The notes beneath the pieces were generated by a model. That model saw only the letters and a list, made by a program, of their open reading frames with translations. It had not been told where the DNA came from and did not search any database. The position numbers and the translations under genes are program-made. Positions 16,486 to 24,939 of a stretch of 47,032 bases of DNA are shown in pieces. This DNA is from a virus, in the IMG/VR virus record IMGVR_UViG_3300020121_000217, positions 1 to 47,032 of that record. One strand, given 5' to 3'. Numbering within the stretch: the stretch's first letter is position 1; the number at the start of each line of letters is the position of its first letter.

Positions 16486-17742
16486 TCAGGTGCGCCGCTG
16501 CAGCTGGGCGTAGTCGGACGGGTTGAGGCCGTAGCCCCATGCGGCGGCGGCGATCGGTGTCGGGATCGATCCGGGGACGGTTAGCCCGAACTGGTGGCGG
16601 GTGCCGTCGCGTTCGGGGGTGCCGTTGGTGCACAGCAGCACCCGGACGGGTTCGTCGAAGATCTGCTCGGGCAGGTCGTAGAGGGTGAGGGTGTGGCCGG
16701 GGTTGCCGGGGTCTTCGGCGGTGCCGCCGATCTGGGCGAAGCGGCCGGCTGCGATGAACTCGGGCCAGCCCATGCGCTCGATCGCGCAGCGGCGGATTTC
16801 GGCGTTGCGTTCGCGGATGATCCGTTCGACGGTCCAGCCGGGGCCTTCGATGAGGTCGCCGGGTACCTGGGTGCCGTGCCAGTACCAGACTGCCCAGCCG
16901 TCGGCCCAGGTCCGTGCGGGACCTGTGGCGTTGTGGGGGTCGTTGTTCGGGTCCATGTGGACGGACGTCTGCCGGTCGACGAGGATCGCGAACTTGGGGT
17001 GCTCGATGCGGCCGGCGGTCTGGCGGGCGAGGGTCTCGTAGTGCTGCCATTTGTCGTAGACGGGTAGGTTGAGCTCGGCGATGTGGCGGAAGAACGACAG
17101 GTAGGCGCACCAGCCGGACCAGTCGGATCCGCTGGCGTACATGCGGTACCACTTCGGCAGGCAGGCCAGGTAGAAGCGAACCAGCGCCCCGGTCGCCGCC
17201 CCGGTCGCCGCGTAGGTCGCCGCGCGGGTCGCCGCGTAGGTCGCCGCGTCGGTCGCCGCGTCGGTCGCCGCGTAGGTCGCCGCGTAGGTCGCCACGTCGG
17301 TCGCCGCGTCGGTCGCCGCGTCGGTCGCCGCGTCGGTCGCCGCTCCGGTCGCCGCTCCGGTCGCCGGTGGTGGTGGCGGTGGGGTGGTGCCGGTGAGTGC
17401 GGCTTGGCCTCTGGTGACGGCGAGGTGGCATGTTGGGGCGATCGCGGCGAGCATTTCGGCTTCGGTGACGGTGCGGCCGAAGAGCTGTGCGTGGGTGGCG
17501 GGGTTGTCTCGTAGGTACCAGATGGATGCGGCGATGGTTCCCGCGATGGCTGCGGTCATGGGTGAGGAGACGTGGGCGATGCGTGCGGGTGGTGTGAGTT
17601 TTGCGGCGGCGTAGAGGCCGCGGATGGCTGTTACGGCTGTTGTGTGGTCGGCGGGCGTCGTCGATAGGGCGTTGTCGATCCACGTCTGTGCCCAGTCGTC
17701 GAGTTGTTTTTTGTGTTCCGGATGGTCGTCGAAGCTGTACAT
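16486..17742 (-). CDS. Hypothetical two-domain protein with central Pro6 + (x-A-A-T)15 repeat linker (418 aa)
   Basis: ORF-track ORF. C-terminal domain: WYWHGTQVP...[16 protein letters not shown]. Function unknown. Confidence 0.75.
   Translation of the reverse strand: MYSFDDHPEHKKQLDDWAQTWIDNALSTTPADHTTAVTAIRGLYAAAKLTPPARIAHVSSPMTAAIAGTIAASIWYLRDNPATHAQLFGRTVTEAEMLAAIAPTCHLAVTRGQAALTGTTPPPPPPATGAATGAATDAATDAATDAATDVATYAATYAATDAATDAATYAATRAATYAATGAATGALVRFYLACLPKWYRMYASGSDWSGWCAYLSFFRHIAELNLPVYDKWQHYETLARQTAGRIEHPKFAILVDRQTSVHMDPNNDPHNATGPARTWADGWAVWYWHGTQVPGDLIEGPGWTVERIIRERNAEIRRCAIERMGWPEFIAAGRFAQIGGTAEDPGNPGHTLTLYDLPEQIFDEPVRVLLCTNGTPERDGTRHQFGLTVPGSIPTPIAAAAWGYGLNPSDYAQLQRRT
17191..17370. 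repeat. 15 x 12-nt perfect-period tandem repeat GGTCGCC(G/A)C-NNN (in frame)
   Basis: Counted unit by unit from 17191 (17191 + 14 x 12 = 17359 for the last unit). Confidence 0.95.
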
Positions 17743-17815
17743 ATCGTTACTTTCTGGTTGGAGGTCTGGGGCCGGATTGGTGGATGCGTGCGGGTTTCGC
17801 GCAGCGTGCGCGGCT

Positions 17816-18241
17816 TCACGCCTGGGTGGATCTGGCGGTGAGGTTGGTTGTGGTGGGTGGGGCGTGAAGCCGCTCGGTCTTGTGGTGGTCGGTGTGCGGC
17901 TCGTCGACGACGTGGTCGTCGGCGGCGTGGAGTTCGGTGAGTGGGCCGTGGAAGATGTCGATTTCGTGGCGGGTGAGGGCGCCGTTGTGTTCGCCGAGTG
18001 AGTACAGGGGTGCGTGGGGTTGGCCGACGGGGTACCAGGTGAGTCCGGCGTTGTCGCGTAGTGCCGGGGTCTCGGGTGGTAGTGCGAGGGCGAGGACGGC
18101 GTGGGCGGCGATGGTGACGGCTTTGTCGGGGTCCTGGCCGATGAGGTCGAGGAGCGAGGTGAGGGCGCAGTTCGGGAGGGCGGCCGCGGTGGGCCGGATG
18201 ATGTCGGCGAGTTCGTGGACGAGGCGGCGGGTGTCGGTCAT
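17816..18241 (-). CDS. Hypothetical protein (141 aa)
   Basis: ATG 18241 overlaps the LuxR-type gene stop (ATGA). Confidence 0.6.
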   Translation of the reverse strand: MTDTRRLVHELADIIRPTAAALPNCALTSLLDLIGQDPDKAVTIAAHAVLALALPPETPALRDNAGLTWYPVGQPHAPLYSLGEHNGALTRHEIDIFHGPLTELHAADDHVVDEPHTDHHKTERLHAPPTTTNLTARSTQA

Positions 18242-18720
18242 GCCGCGCCGCCGGCTGTGGGTGACGGCGTGATGATGCCGCGGTCGAGGCATATGGCGAC
18301 GGCGGCCGCCCGGTCGTGGACGCCGAGGCGCCGGTAGACGCGTCTCATGACGGTCCGGACGGTTGCCGGTGTGAGGCCGACCCGGGTCGCGATCGTCTGG
18401 TTGGTGAGGCCGAGGGCAGCGAACTCGAGGAGCTGCTGTTCGCGCGCCGATACCGGTAGCCCGGTCGGTGGCCCCGACCGCGGTGCCGTGGCGGCCTGGT
18501 ACGGCCGGGGGGTGGCGCCGGCGTAGACGGTCATGGGTGCGGTTCCGGTGCGCCACACGTTGCGGGCGCGCTGCCGGTCGTAGCCGCAGAGGCGGCTGAT
18601 GATTTCGCCGATGAGGTCGGGTCGCATGTGGAGCTGGGCGGCGATCGCGGCGATGTCCCGGCCGGATCCGTACATGTGGGCGATCTTCGATTCGGTTGGG
18701 GTGATCGTGACGGTGGACAT
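18238..18720 (-). CDS. LuxR/GerE-family HTH transcriptional regulator (160 aa)
   Basis: The C-terminus (SAREQQLLEFAALGLTNQTIATRVGLTPATVRTVMRRVYRRLGV) fits the GerE-type HTH. Confidence 0.8.
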   Translation of the reverse strand: MSTVTITPTESKIAHMYGSGRDIAAIAAQLHMRPDLIGEIISRLCGYDRQRARNVWRTGTAPMTVYAGATPRPYQAATAPRSGPPTGLPVSAREQQLLEFAALGLTNQTIATRVGLTPATVRTVMRRVYRRLGVHDRAAAVAICLDRGIITPSPTAGGAA

Positions 18721-18726
18721 TGCGGT

Positions 18727-18948
18727 TCACCTGCTCGGGTTCGTGGGGGCGTTCATGGGACGGGTGGTCAGATGCCAGCCGTTACGGCGTGGGCACCGGT
18801 AGACGCGGCTGGCGTGGCCGTGCTCGGTTGAGTAGTGCAGGGCCATCCGGTACGCCCATTTCGGCGTCGCGTAGGTGACCTTGCGGCAGTGGCCGCAGAA
18901 GTCCGGGTCCGGCGGTGGGCGGCGTTTCTTCGGGCGGCGGCGGCCCAT
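18727..18948 (-). CDS. Small basic Cys/His protein (73 aa; CGHC...C)
   Basis: ATG 18948 overlaps the upstream stop by 1 nt (TGATG). Confidence 0.55.
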   Translation of the reverse strand: MGRRRPKKRRPPPDPDFCGHCRKVTYATPKWAYRMALHYSTEHGHASRVYRCPRRNGWHLTTRPMNAPTNPSR

Positions 18949-19355
18949 CAGATCTCGCCCAGGCCGTGGGTGAAGTCCGGCAGCACCGGCAGGCCGTCGG
19001 CGCGGCCGAACAGGTGCAGGCACGTCTCGTGGCCGTTGACGTGCTCGGCCGGCGGCGCGAACACCTGGTACGCCCAGCCGTCGCCGAACACCGCTTGGTG
19101 CAGGTGCTTGAGGTCCTCGTAGTCCGGCATCCGGTCCGGGCGGGACAGCGACGCGTGTATCCAGACGGTCAGGGTCCCGGCCGGGCGTGTCGCGGGCAGC
19201 TCGTCGGTCGAGACGATCACCCGCCGGGCCGCCTTGCCCCCGACGGCCAGGAACGAGTCGATCCACCCCATGCCGGCGCCGATCTGGCGCGGCTTCATGA
19301 AACTCAGCGGGCCGAGGCGATCACGGATCCGCCGCGCGTCCCCAAGTCGGATCAC
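18948..19355 (-). CDS. Hypothetical protein (135 aa)
   Basis: ORF-track ORF with a 4-nt overlap with the upstream gene. Confidence 0.65.
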   Translation of the reverse strand: MIRLGDARRIRDRLGPLSFMKPRQIGAGMGWIDSFLAVGGKAARRVIVSTDELPATRPAGTLTVWIHASLSRPDRMPDYEDLKHLHQAVFGDGWAYQVFAPPAEHVNGHETCLHLFGRADGLPVLPDFTHGLGEI

Positions 19356-19483
19356 CTTCCGCCCCGTGCCTGGACGGTGAGGCGTCCCATCCAGCCGAGG
19401 TAGGCGAGCGCGATCAGGCAGACGACGACGGCCGCGGTGGTGACGGCGGATCCGAACGCCAGTACGGCGAGGAGGTCAGGCAT
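19352..19483 (-). CDS. Small single-TM protein (43 aa)
   Basis: ATG 19483. MPDLLAVLAFGSAVTTAAVVVCLIALAYLGW is hydrophobic. Below the ORF-track length cut-off as a stand-alone ORF. Confidence 0.45.
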   Translation of the reverse strand: MPDLLAVLAFGSAVTTAAVVVCLIALAYLGWMGRLTVQARGGR

Positions 19484-20108
19484 GCGCCACCTCCGGCAGC
19501 TGCAGCTCGTCGACGTCGACGTCCATGTCCACGCCGTCGACGGGGTCGCCGGGGTCGACGGCGGGTGCGGTGTCGTCGGTGGGCGTGACGATGCCGGGAT
19601 CCGCTTCCGCAGTAGCCAGCTCGGGTACGTCCCACACGGGCGCCCACTCCTGGGTCGGTAGCTCCTCGGAGGCGCCGACGATCCGGTTCTCGGCGGTGGT
19701 CGTCTCGCGGTAGATCGGCAGCGCGGCCGACGGCTCGTCGACGGCGGCCGCGGCGAGTGCGGCGAGTGCGGCACCGTCGGGGATACGTAGGTCGCGGAGC
19801 CGCTCGCCCAGGAGGTAGTCGCGTTCGAACCGCAGCTGGTCGGTGACGCGGTTCTGCCGGGTAATGACCCGCTCGGCGCGGGCCAGGTCGCGGGCGAGAG
19901 TCTCGGCGTGGGTCTTCCAGTCGCGGGCACACCGTTCGGTGCGGCTGTTGTCGTCGGCGAGTTGCGCGTTCTCGTCCTGCAGCTCCTCGGCGAGGGCGCG
20001 CCATTGGCCGTAGAAGGTGTAGAGCTGGTCGTAGTCGTCGGCTTTGCGTTTGGCGTCCAGGCGGGCGGCGACATGTGAGTGGTACTGGGCACGCAGATTC
20101 AGATTCAT
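19476..20108 (-). CDS. Hypothetical coiled-coil protein with acidic C-terminus (210 aa)
   Basis: ATG 20108 (MNLNLRAQYH) overlaps the upstream stop by 1 nt. Confidence 0.65.
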   Translation of the reverse strand: MNLNLRAQYHSHVAARLDAKRKADDYDQLYTFYGQWRALAEELQDENAQLADDNSRTERCARDWKTHAETLARDLARAERVITRQNRVTDQLRFERDYLLGERLRDLRIPDGAALAALAAAAVDEPSAALPIYRETTTAENRIVGASEELPTQEWAPVWDVPELATAEADPGIVTPTDDTAPAVDPGDPVDGVDMDVDVDELQLPEVAHA

Positions 20109-20722
20109 CAGCTGGCCTCTCTCGGGATGGACTGGGCGGCGGCCGCGGCCAGGGCGTGGCGGCGGCGCCGTTTGAACTCGCGCAGGGCAATCCGGTTCGC
20201 GGTACGGCACGGGTCGCACTTCGGCAGACCGCGCCGGTGTTCCTGTAGGTAGCCGCCACGGGTGCCGTGCCGGATCGGCCGGAGCCGGCGGCCGGTCCAG
20301 CCGCGCTGGGCCTGCATCACCCGGTAGCGGGCGTGCCGCGCCGTACGCTCGGCCTCCCGGCACACCGGGCACGGGTCCTCGCCGCGGCGCTTGTGGGCGT
20401 AGAACCCACCCTCGGTGCCGTGGTTAACAGGAGGTAGCCGCCGCGCCCGCGCCGGTGACCGCTTCCGTACCGGCGCGGGCGCGGGCTCGGGTGCCTGCTC
20501 GCCGGTCTCGGATGCGTCGGCCGGCTCCGGCGGCTCGGCCAGGTCGAGCATGTCCCGGACCTCGCGTAGCGCCGCCCGGGCCGCGGGCTCGTCACCGAGG
20601 TCGTCGAGCGCGGTCTGGGCGAGCTTGAGCCCGGCAGCGCGGCGCCGGGCGCGTAGGCCCTCGATGTCGGAGGTGTCGACATGGGTGGTGAGGAAGCCGC
20701 CGTCGATGAGGGACATCGTCAC
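20108..20722 (-). CDS. Hypothetical protein with two HGTxGG(F/Y)-x(8-9)-C-x2-C-R repeats (204 aa)
   Basis: GTG 20722 overlaps the upstream stop (GTGA). Repeats: HGTEGGFYAHKRRGEDPCPVCREA and HGTRGGYLQEHRRGLPKCDPCRTA. Confidence 0.65.
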   Translation of the reverse strand: MTMSLIDGGFLTTHVDTSDIEGLRARRRAAGLKLAQTALDDLGDEPAARAALREVRDMLDLAEPPEPADASETGEQAPEPAPAPVRKRSPARARRLPPVNHGTEGGFYAHKRRGEDPCPVCREAERTARHARYRVMQAQRGWTGRRLRPIRHGTRGGYLQEHRRGLPKCDPCRTANRIALREFKRRRRHALAAAAAQSIPREAS

Positions 20723-20883
20723 CGCCCCGGCCGCGACGGCGTGGAGCCGGTCGACGGCGCGTAGGTGACACCACGTAGATCCGGGCCGTGCAAACCGGAC
20801 GGTGCCGGCGCGGCCATGAGCGCGGGCGCGACCATGGCGGCGGCCATGAGCGCGGCGAGCGCGGCCGCGGCCGCCCGGCGCAT
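20719..20883 (-). CDS. Small protein with N-terminal hydrophobic Ala/Leu/Met segment (54 aa; signal peptide or TM)
   Basis: ATG 20883 overlaps the upstream stop by 1 nt. Sequence: MRRAAAAALAALMAAAMVAPALMAAPAP. Confidence 0.45.
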   Translation of the reverse strand: MRRAAAAALAALMAAAMVAPALMAAPAPSGLHGPDLRGVTYAPSTGSTPSRPGR

Positions 20884-21662
20884 CACCGGCGCCGTTTCAG
20901 GTCGTCGACGGCTGCGGCGGCGGCGGTCTGCGCGGCTTCGGCGTCCTGCTCGTTGGCGTAGTCGATGAGGTGACCGATCGCCGCGGTGACGGCGATACCG
21001 CAGCCGATGATCTGGCTGCTGCCGGCTGGCCCGATGCCGGCGGCCGCGGCGATCGCCCGGCGGGTGAACCGGGCGGCGCTTTCGAGGTCGGCGAGTAGCG
21101 GATGCAGCGCGCCGGGCACGTCGATGTCGTCGGGCTCGTAGTCCCAGCGGTCGATGTCGTAGTAGGTGTTCGGGGCGCTCAGGAGCGAGTCGGCGTCGAA
21201 TCCGATCCGTTCCCTGCGGTCGGTGGCGACGATTTCGGCAGCGTGCTGGGTCGTGCACGCGTACCGGGGCGTCTGCCGCTGGACCGAGTCACCGAGATGC
21301 ACATATCCGTTGTCGCCCGTGGCCGGGTCGCCGTCGGACGCGGCCCGGTAGGTGCCGTCGCGGTGCACGCACCACGGAACGACCCGGTAGCGGGTCCGCT
21401 GATAGCAGCCGCCTACCGAGCAGACGCGGGCCCGGGCGTGCCAGTAGTGGACGCACCTCGGGCAGATGCAGTTACCGGCGCAGTTGCAGTATGGCGTGCC
21501 GTCGTCGTCCTCGCCGCCGCAATCGCAGCCATCGTCTTGCTCGTCGACGGGCTCCGCCGGCGGCGCCGTGTATGGCGCCCACGCACGCACGAACACGTCC
21601 AGGGCGGCGCGCATCTCGTCACGGGTCGGCGCGGCCGGGATCGCGCCAATCAGCGGGCTCAT
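20883..21662 (-). CDS. Hypothetical Cys-rich protein (259 aa)
   Basis: ORF-track ORF with a CDCGG...CNCAGNCICPRC cluster. Confidence 0.65.
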   Translation of the reverse strand: MSPLIGAIPAAPTRDEMRAALDVFVRAWAPYTAPPAEPVDEQDDGCDCGGEDDDGTPYCNCAGNCICPRCVHYWHARARVCSVGGCYQRTRYRVVPWCVHRDGTYRAASDGDPATGDNGYVHLGDSVQRQTPRYACTTQHAAEIVATDRRERIGFDADSLLSAPNTYYDIDRWDYEPDDIDVPGALHPLLADLESAARFTRRAIAAAAGIGPAGSSQIIGCGIAVTAAIGHLIDYANEQDAEAAQTAAAAAVDDLKRRR

Positions 21663-22138
21663 AGGACCGCCGCCGCGTCTGCGGCCAGGCGTGCCGGCAT
21701 CGTGCCAGGCATCAGCTCGTCGACGATCCGTTCAGGTAGGCTCCGCTCGTCCGCTGCCAGCTCGTTCTCTTCGGCGGCGATCGCGTCGATCAGTACGCGG
21801 GTCTCCTCGTCAATCGAGGGTTCAGCGCTCTCGTAGGCCGTCAGGTTGACGTCGTAGCCGTTCCAGCCCCGGATCCAAGGACTGATCGCCCGCGTGCCGT
21901 CCGGGAGGGTGCACATGTCGCGGCCTTTGAGGATTAGGCCGAAGAACTCGGACCACTTACGCAGGGCCGCGTGGGAGACGAAATAAAGACTGAGCATCTC
22001 GCGCTCGCCGCCCGTATTGGGGACGTCGCCGTGGAAGATGAACTTCGTCGGCCAGGACAGGTCGCTCCGGCGTGCGGCGATCAGCATCAGCGTCGTGATC
22101 TTGATCGGAGGCAGCTTGGACTCGATGACGGCCATCAC
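21659..22138 (-). CDS. Hypothetical protein (159 aa)
   Basis: ORF-track ORF. GTG 22138 or ATG 22135 overlaps the upstream stop. Confidence 0.65.
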   Translation of the reverse strand: MMAVIESKLPPIKITTLMLIAARRSDLSWPTKFIFHGDVPNTGGEREMLSLYFVSHAALRKWSEFFGLILKGRDMCTLPDGTRAISPWIRGWNGYDVNLTAYESAEPSIDEETRVLIDAIAAEENELAADERSLPERIVDELMPGTMPARLAADAAAVL

Positions 22139-22323
22139 TTCACCGCCGTGATCTTTACCCGGCCGGGACCGGTAACCGCGTACAGGTCACGGTCGGGGCC
22201 GCTGGTGATCTGGCCCATCGCGGCGAGCGCGGGCTCCAGGGTGGCGAAGCGGACTTCCAGCGGCGGCCACGGGCGACCGTCATGGACTGTCAGCTGATAC
22301 CGGTAGACTGTCTGTCGGGACAT
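22135..22323 (-). CDS. Hypothetical protein (62 aa)
   Basis: ATG 22323 lies 8 nt after AAGGAG. The ORF-track start at 22332 is a GTG inside the RBS. Confidence 0.6.
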   Translation of the reverse strand: MSRQTVYRYQLTVHDGRPWPPLEVRFATLEPALAAMGQITSGPDRDLYAVTGPGRVKITAVK

Positions 22324-22353
22324 GGAACGCACTCCTTGTCTTGATCTTCAGGG

Positions 22354-22565
22354 AGCCTCAGCCGGTCACACGGCTGAGGCTTCTTGCTGTAGACCGGGGC
22401 CCCGGCCCGCGAAAGCCGGAGTGAGGTGGTCCGGCCGGCCGGGACCCCGGTTCCCCGCACGGGTAGCGCGGGGGTTTTGCTCCGGACCGGCTGGCGGAGC
22501 CCTAAGTCACGCCAGCCGGCCCCGGACTTCTGTGAGCCGCCCCTGGGACCGACCGGTCGGGGCGG
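22354..22565. promoter_or_regulatory. Four GC-rich hairpins in a ~290-nt non-coding spacer of the early operon
   Basis: Stems at 22354-22381 (11 bp), 22453-22473 (6 bp, followed by GTTTTG on the + strand), 22487-22519 (10 bp) and 22537-22565 (7 bp). Confidence 0.4.
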
Positions 22566-22621
22566 TTGAGCCGGACCAGCAGGTGGCCGCGGCGCAGGCG
22601 GCGGAGCGGACGGGCGAGCCG

Positions 22622-22873
22622 TCAAGTCGACGAGGTGAGCGAGCGCCGCAGATTTCGTTCTTCCTCGACGAGCCCGTCGATATAGGCCATCAGGTCGATC
22701 ATGCGGATCAGTCGTCGCTTACCGCTCTTGAAGGACGGCAGCTCCTCGCGCTCGACGAGCATGTAGACGTAGCGTTCTGTGACCCGCAGCTGTTCTGCGA
22801 CCTCGGCGAGCGTGAGCGCGAGAGGTGCGATAGTCCCAGCGGCGGGATCGGTTAGTGTTTCAATCCCACGCAT
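22622..22873 (-). CDS. xis: Excisionase-family (MerR-like) HTH DNA-binding protein; first gene of the leftward early operon (83 aa)
   Basis: LTLAEVAEQLRVTERYVYMLVEREELPSFKSGKRRLI fits the excisionase-type HTH. Divergent from the int operon. Confidence 0.7.
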   Translation of the reverse strand: MRGIETLTDPAAGTIAPLALTLAEVAEQLRVTERYVYMLVEREELPSFKSGKRRLIRMIDLMAYIDGLVEEERNLRRSLTSST

Positions 22874-22905
22874 GGGACTGAACGTAACAGATCCCGTTCA
22901 TGGGA
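22864..22905. promoter_or_regulatory. Two related inverted-repeat boxes (TCCCA-CGCA-TGGGA and GATCCC-GTTCAT-GGGATC) overlapping the xis start; operator candidates
   Basis: Read directly. The 8-mer ATGGGACT recurs at 23062-23069. Confidence 0.4.
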
Positions 22906-23123
22906 TCGCATCATCCGTTCGGACGATGACTGAAAGAATGAATCTGAATAGGCTCCCGTCTATGCAGCGCTATTCATTCCCAAGAAAAGGGCGCCGGAGG
23001 GTCTGCAAGAGCCGGTCCCGTCCGTGGTACCAGTCCCGCGAGCAGCACCGCAGGCCCACGAATGGGACTTATGGTGACCGTGTGCCCACCGCGAAAACTG
23101 CCGCTAGCACCCGATTTCCGCCG

Positions 23124-23495
23124 ATGGTCGCGGAACTCCTCATCGAAGCGCACGAACGAGGCCTGACCGACCAGGAAATCGAGACACTGACAACGGTTAG
23201 TACCTCGACGTTTCACCGGTGGAAGGGCGGAAAGCTCGGGGTCAACGGCCCGAATCCGGAGAAGGTCCGGGCGTTTTTCGTAGGCCTGGGCAAGGATCCC
23301 GCCGTCGCCTACGAGGCGCTCGGGTGGACAGTGGCCGGCGAGACGCAGGTGGCATCCGAGCCCGAGATCCCGGCCCACGTGCGCGAACTTCTGCGACGGC
23401 TACGCGATCCCAACGTCGATGATCGCGAGAAGGACTTCATCACCGAGACGCTGAAATCTCTGGTTGCCCGCCGTCTGATACGGCCACCCCGCTAG
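23124..23495 (+). CDS. HTH DNA-binding protein upstream of int (123 aa; possible repressor; GTG 23082 is an alternative start)
   Basis: Natural-composition part of ORF 22779-23495. LTDQEIETLTTVSTSTFHRWKGG is HTH-like. The stop lies 9 nt before int. Confidence 0.6.
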   Translation: MVAELLIEAHERGLTDQEIETLTTVSTSTFHRWKGGKLGVNGPNPEKVRAFFVGLGKDPAVAYEALGWTVAGETQVASEPEIPAHVRELLRRLRDPNVDDREKDFITETLKSLVARRLIRPPR

Positions 23496-23504
23496 GAGGA
23501 ATGT

Positions 23505-24758
23505 ATGGCGAGTCGACGCAAACGCCCTACGGCCCGCCTCGGCGCAGATGGTTACTGGCACGTGTGGGTCACGGTCGGGACCAAGCCGAACGGCCGGCCG
23601 GACCAGCGCCATATCAGCCGCGAAACCCAGGACGCAGCCGAGGACGATGCCGACGAGGTGCTCGATCAGCTCAAGGTCGGCCAGGTTCTCAAACCTGGCG
23701 CGAAGCCAACCGTCAAGAGCTGGATGACGATATACCTGGCGACCGTCGCGCCACGTCGATGCAACCCCAGCACCATCTACGACTACGGCTCCAAGATGAA
23801 GAATTGGGTCTACCCGAACTACGGTGCGAAGCGGCTCGACCGCCTGGCGCCGGAAGACCTGGACGCGATCTACCTCGCCATGAACGAAGCCGGGAAGGCA
23901 CAGTCACACCAGCTCAAGGTGCACCGCATCCTGTCTCGCGCCCTCGATATCGCACTGCGCCGCGGACACGTGACCCGAAACGTGGCGAAACTCGTGGACG
24001 CACCATCAGTCGACCCGGTGAGTACGAAAGCACTCGCCGAGCCGGTCGCGCGAGCGATTCTCCAGGTGACGGCGAAGCGTCGCCACTCGGAACGATGGGA
24101 TGTGGCGTTCGCCCTCGGGCTGCGCCAGGGCGAGGCGCTGGGCCTGCGGTGGGAAGACGACGACGGCACCGTGCTGGTCGACCTGGACGCCGGCATGCTT
24201 CACGTCTGGTACCAGCTTCGGCGCCTCATCTATGTCCACGGCTGCGGCGGGAAATGCGGCCGGGCGAGGGCCGCCGAGTGCCCCCAGGCCTCGGCCGGCG
24301 GTCTCATGTATCGAAAATGCAAAGGTAAGAGCAAGCGGTCAATTCCGATCCCGCCCGAACTCCTTCCGAAGCTCGCCGCGGCCAAGAAGCGGCAGGCGGC
24401 TGAGAAGCTGGCGCACGCGGGGCCGTGGGCAGCCGGCAACGCCGTGTTCACAACGATCGATGGCCGCCTCGTCGATCCGCGGGACGACTACGACGAATGG
24501 GTGTCGATTCTCGAAGAAGCCGGCGTCAAGAAGGTCAAGCCGCACATCATGCGCCACACCGCCGCGACTCTGCTCCTCGCACAGGGAGTTGACGTCCGCG
24601 TCGTCCAGGAGCTGCTGGGCCACAGGGACATCCGCACGACGCAGGGCTACACCCAAGACGTCGACGTGCTACTCGTGGAGGCGATGAAAAAGACGGTTCT
24701 ACGCACCCCGACGAAGATCAACAGTGTACAAAACCGTGTACTGAAGGCGGTTGAATGA
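23505..24758 (+). CDS. int: Tyrosine integrase (417 aa)
   Basis: AGGAGGA RBS. GLRQGE (Arg I), HIMRHTAAT (H-x-x-R), LLGH and TTQGYTQ (catalytic Tyr region). Confidence 0.9.
   Translation: MASRRKRPTARLGADGYWHVWVTVGTKPNGRPDQRHISRETQDAAEDDADEVLDQLKVGQVLKPGAKPTVKSWMTIYLATVAPRRCNPSTIYDYGSKMKNWVYPNYGAKRLDRLAPEDLDAIYLAMNEAGKAQSHQLKVHRILSRALDIALRRGHVTRNVAKLVDAPSVDPVSTKALAEPVARAILQVTAKRRHSERWDVAFALGLRQGEALGLRWEDDDGTVLVDLDAGMLHVWYQLRRLIYVHGCGGKCGRARAAECPQASAGGLMYRKCKGKSKRSIPIPPELLPKLAAAKKRQAAEKLAHAGPWAAGNAVFTTIDGRLVDPRDDYDEWVSILEEAGVKKVKPHIMRHTAATLLLAQGVDVRVVQELLGHRDIRTTQGYTQDVDVLLVEAMKKTVLRTPTKINSVQNRVLKAVE
24714..24742 (+). repeat. 29-bp direct repeat copy 1 (AAGATCAACAGTGTACAAAACCGTGTACT); arm-type site candidate
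   Basis: 27/29 identical to 24940-24968. Contains GTGTAC twice. Confidence 0.8.
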
Positions 24759-24818
24759 GCCTGAATAGACATGAACAGATAGCCCCTGTTCAGGCACTTT
24801 CATGATCGTTCAGACAAC

Positions 24819-24869
24819 AGCGTCGCACTCGTAATGCGTAGGTCCCGAGTTCGATTCTCGGAGGCGGCT
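24819..24869 (+). other. attP core: 3' portion of a tRNA-Thr(CGU) gene (anticodon arm, variable loop, T-arm, 3' acceptor strand)
   Basis: Anticodon loop CTCGTAA (anticodon CGT). T-arm CCGAG-TTCGATT-CTCGG. 3' acceptor strand AGGCGGC. No matching 5' acceptor strand or D-arm upstream. Confidence 0.75.
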
Positions 24870-24878
24870 CGGCAACAC

Positions 24879-24926
24879 GAAACGGTCCGCTACCAGGCTT
24901 TTCAGCCAACGGTAGCGGGCCGTTTC
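24879..24926 (+). terminator. 16-bp-stem hairpin directly after the tRNA fragment (probable tRNA terminator carried in attP)
   Basis: GAAACGGTCCGCTACC / GGTAGCGGGCCGTTTC with one mismatch. Confidence 0.55.
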
Positions 24927-24939
24927 CATGTCCCTATAC

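Noticed and set aside
17191-17370. The repeat array as a CRISPR array
   Set aside because: The period is only 12 nt with no spacers, the units sit in frame inside an ORF, and there are no cas genes.
16486-17742. A diversity-generating retroelement or retron explaining the variable repeat
   Set aside because: No reverse transcriptase gene and no template/variable repeat pair is recognisable anywhere in the circle.
23124-24869. Integration-dependent immunity (attP inside the repressor gene)
   Set aside because: The attP core lies in non-coding DNA downstream of int. It is not within the HTH gene or any other ORF.
24781-24872. A complete tRNA-Thr gene
   Set aside because: Only the anticodon arm, T-arm and 3' acceptor strand are present. 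The sequence upstream cannot pair as a 5' acceptor strand or D-arm. This fits an attP core rather than a functional tRNA.
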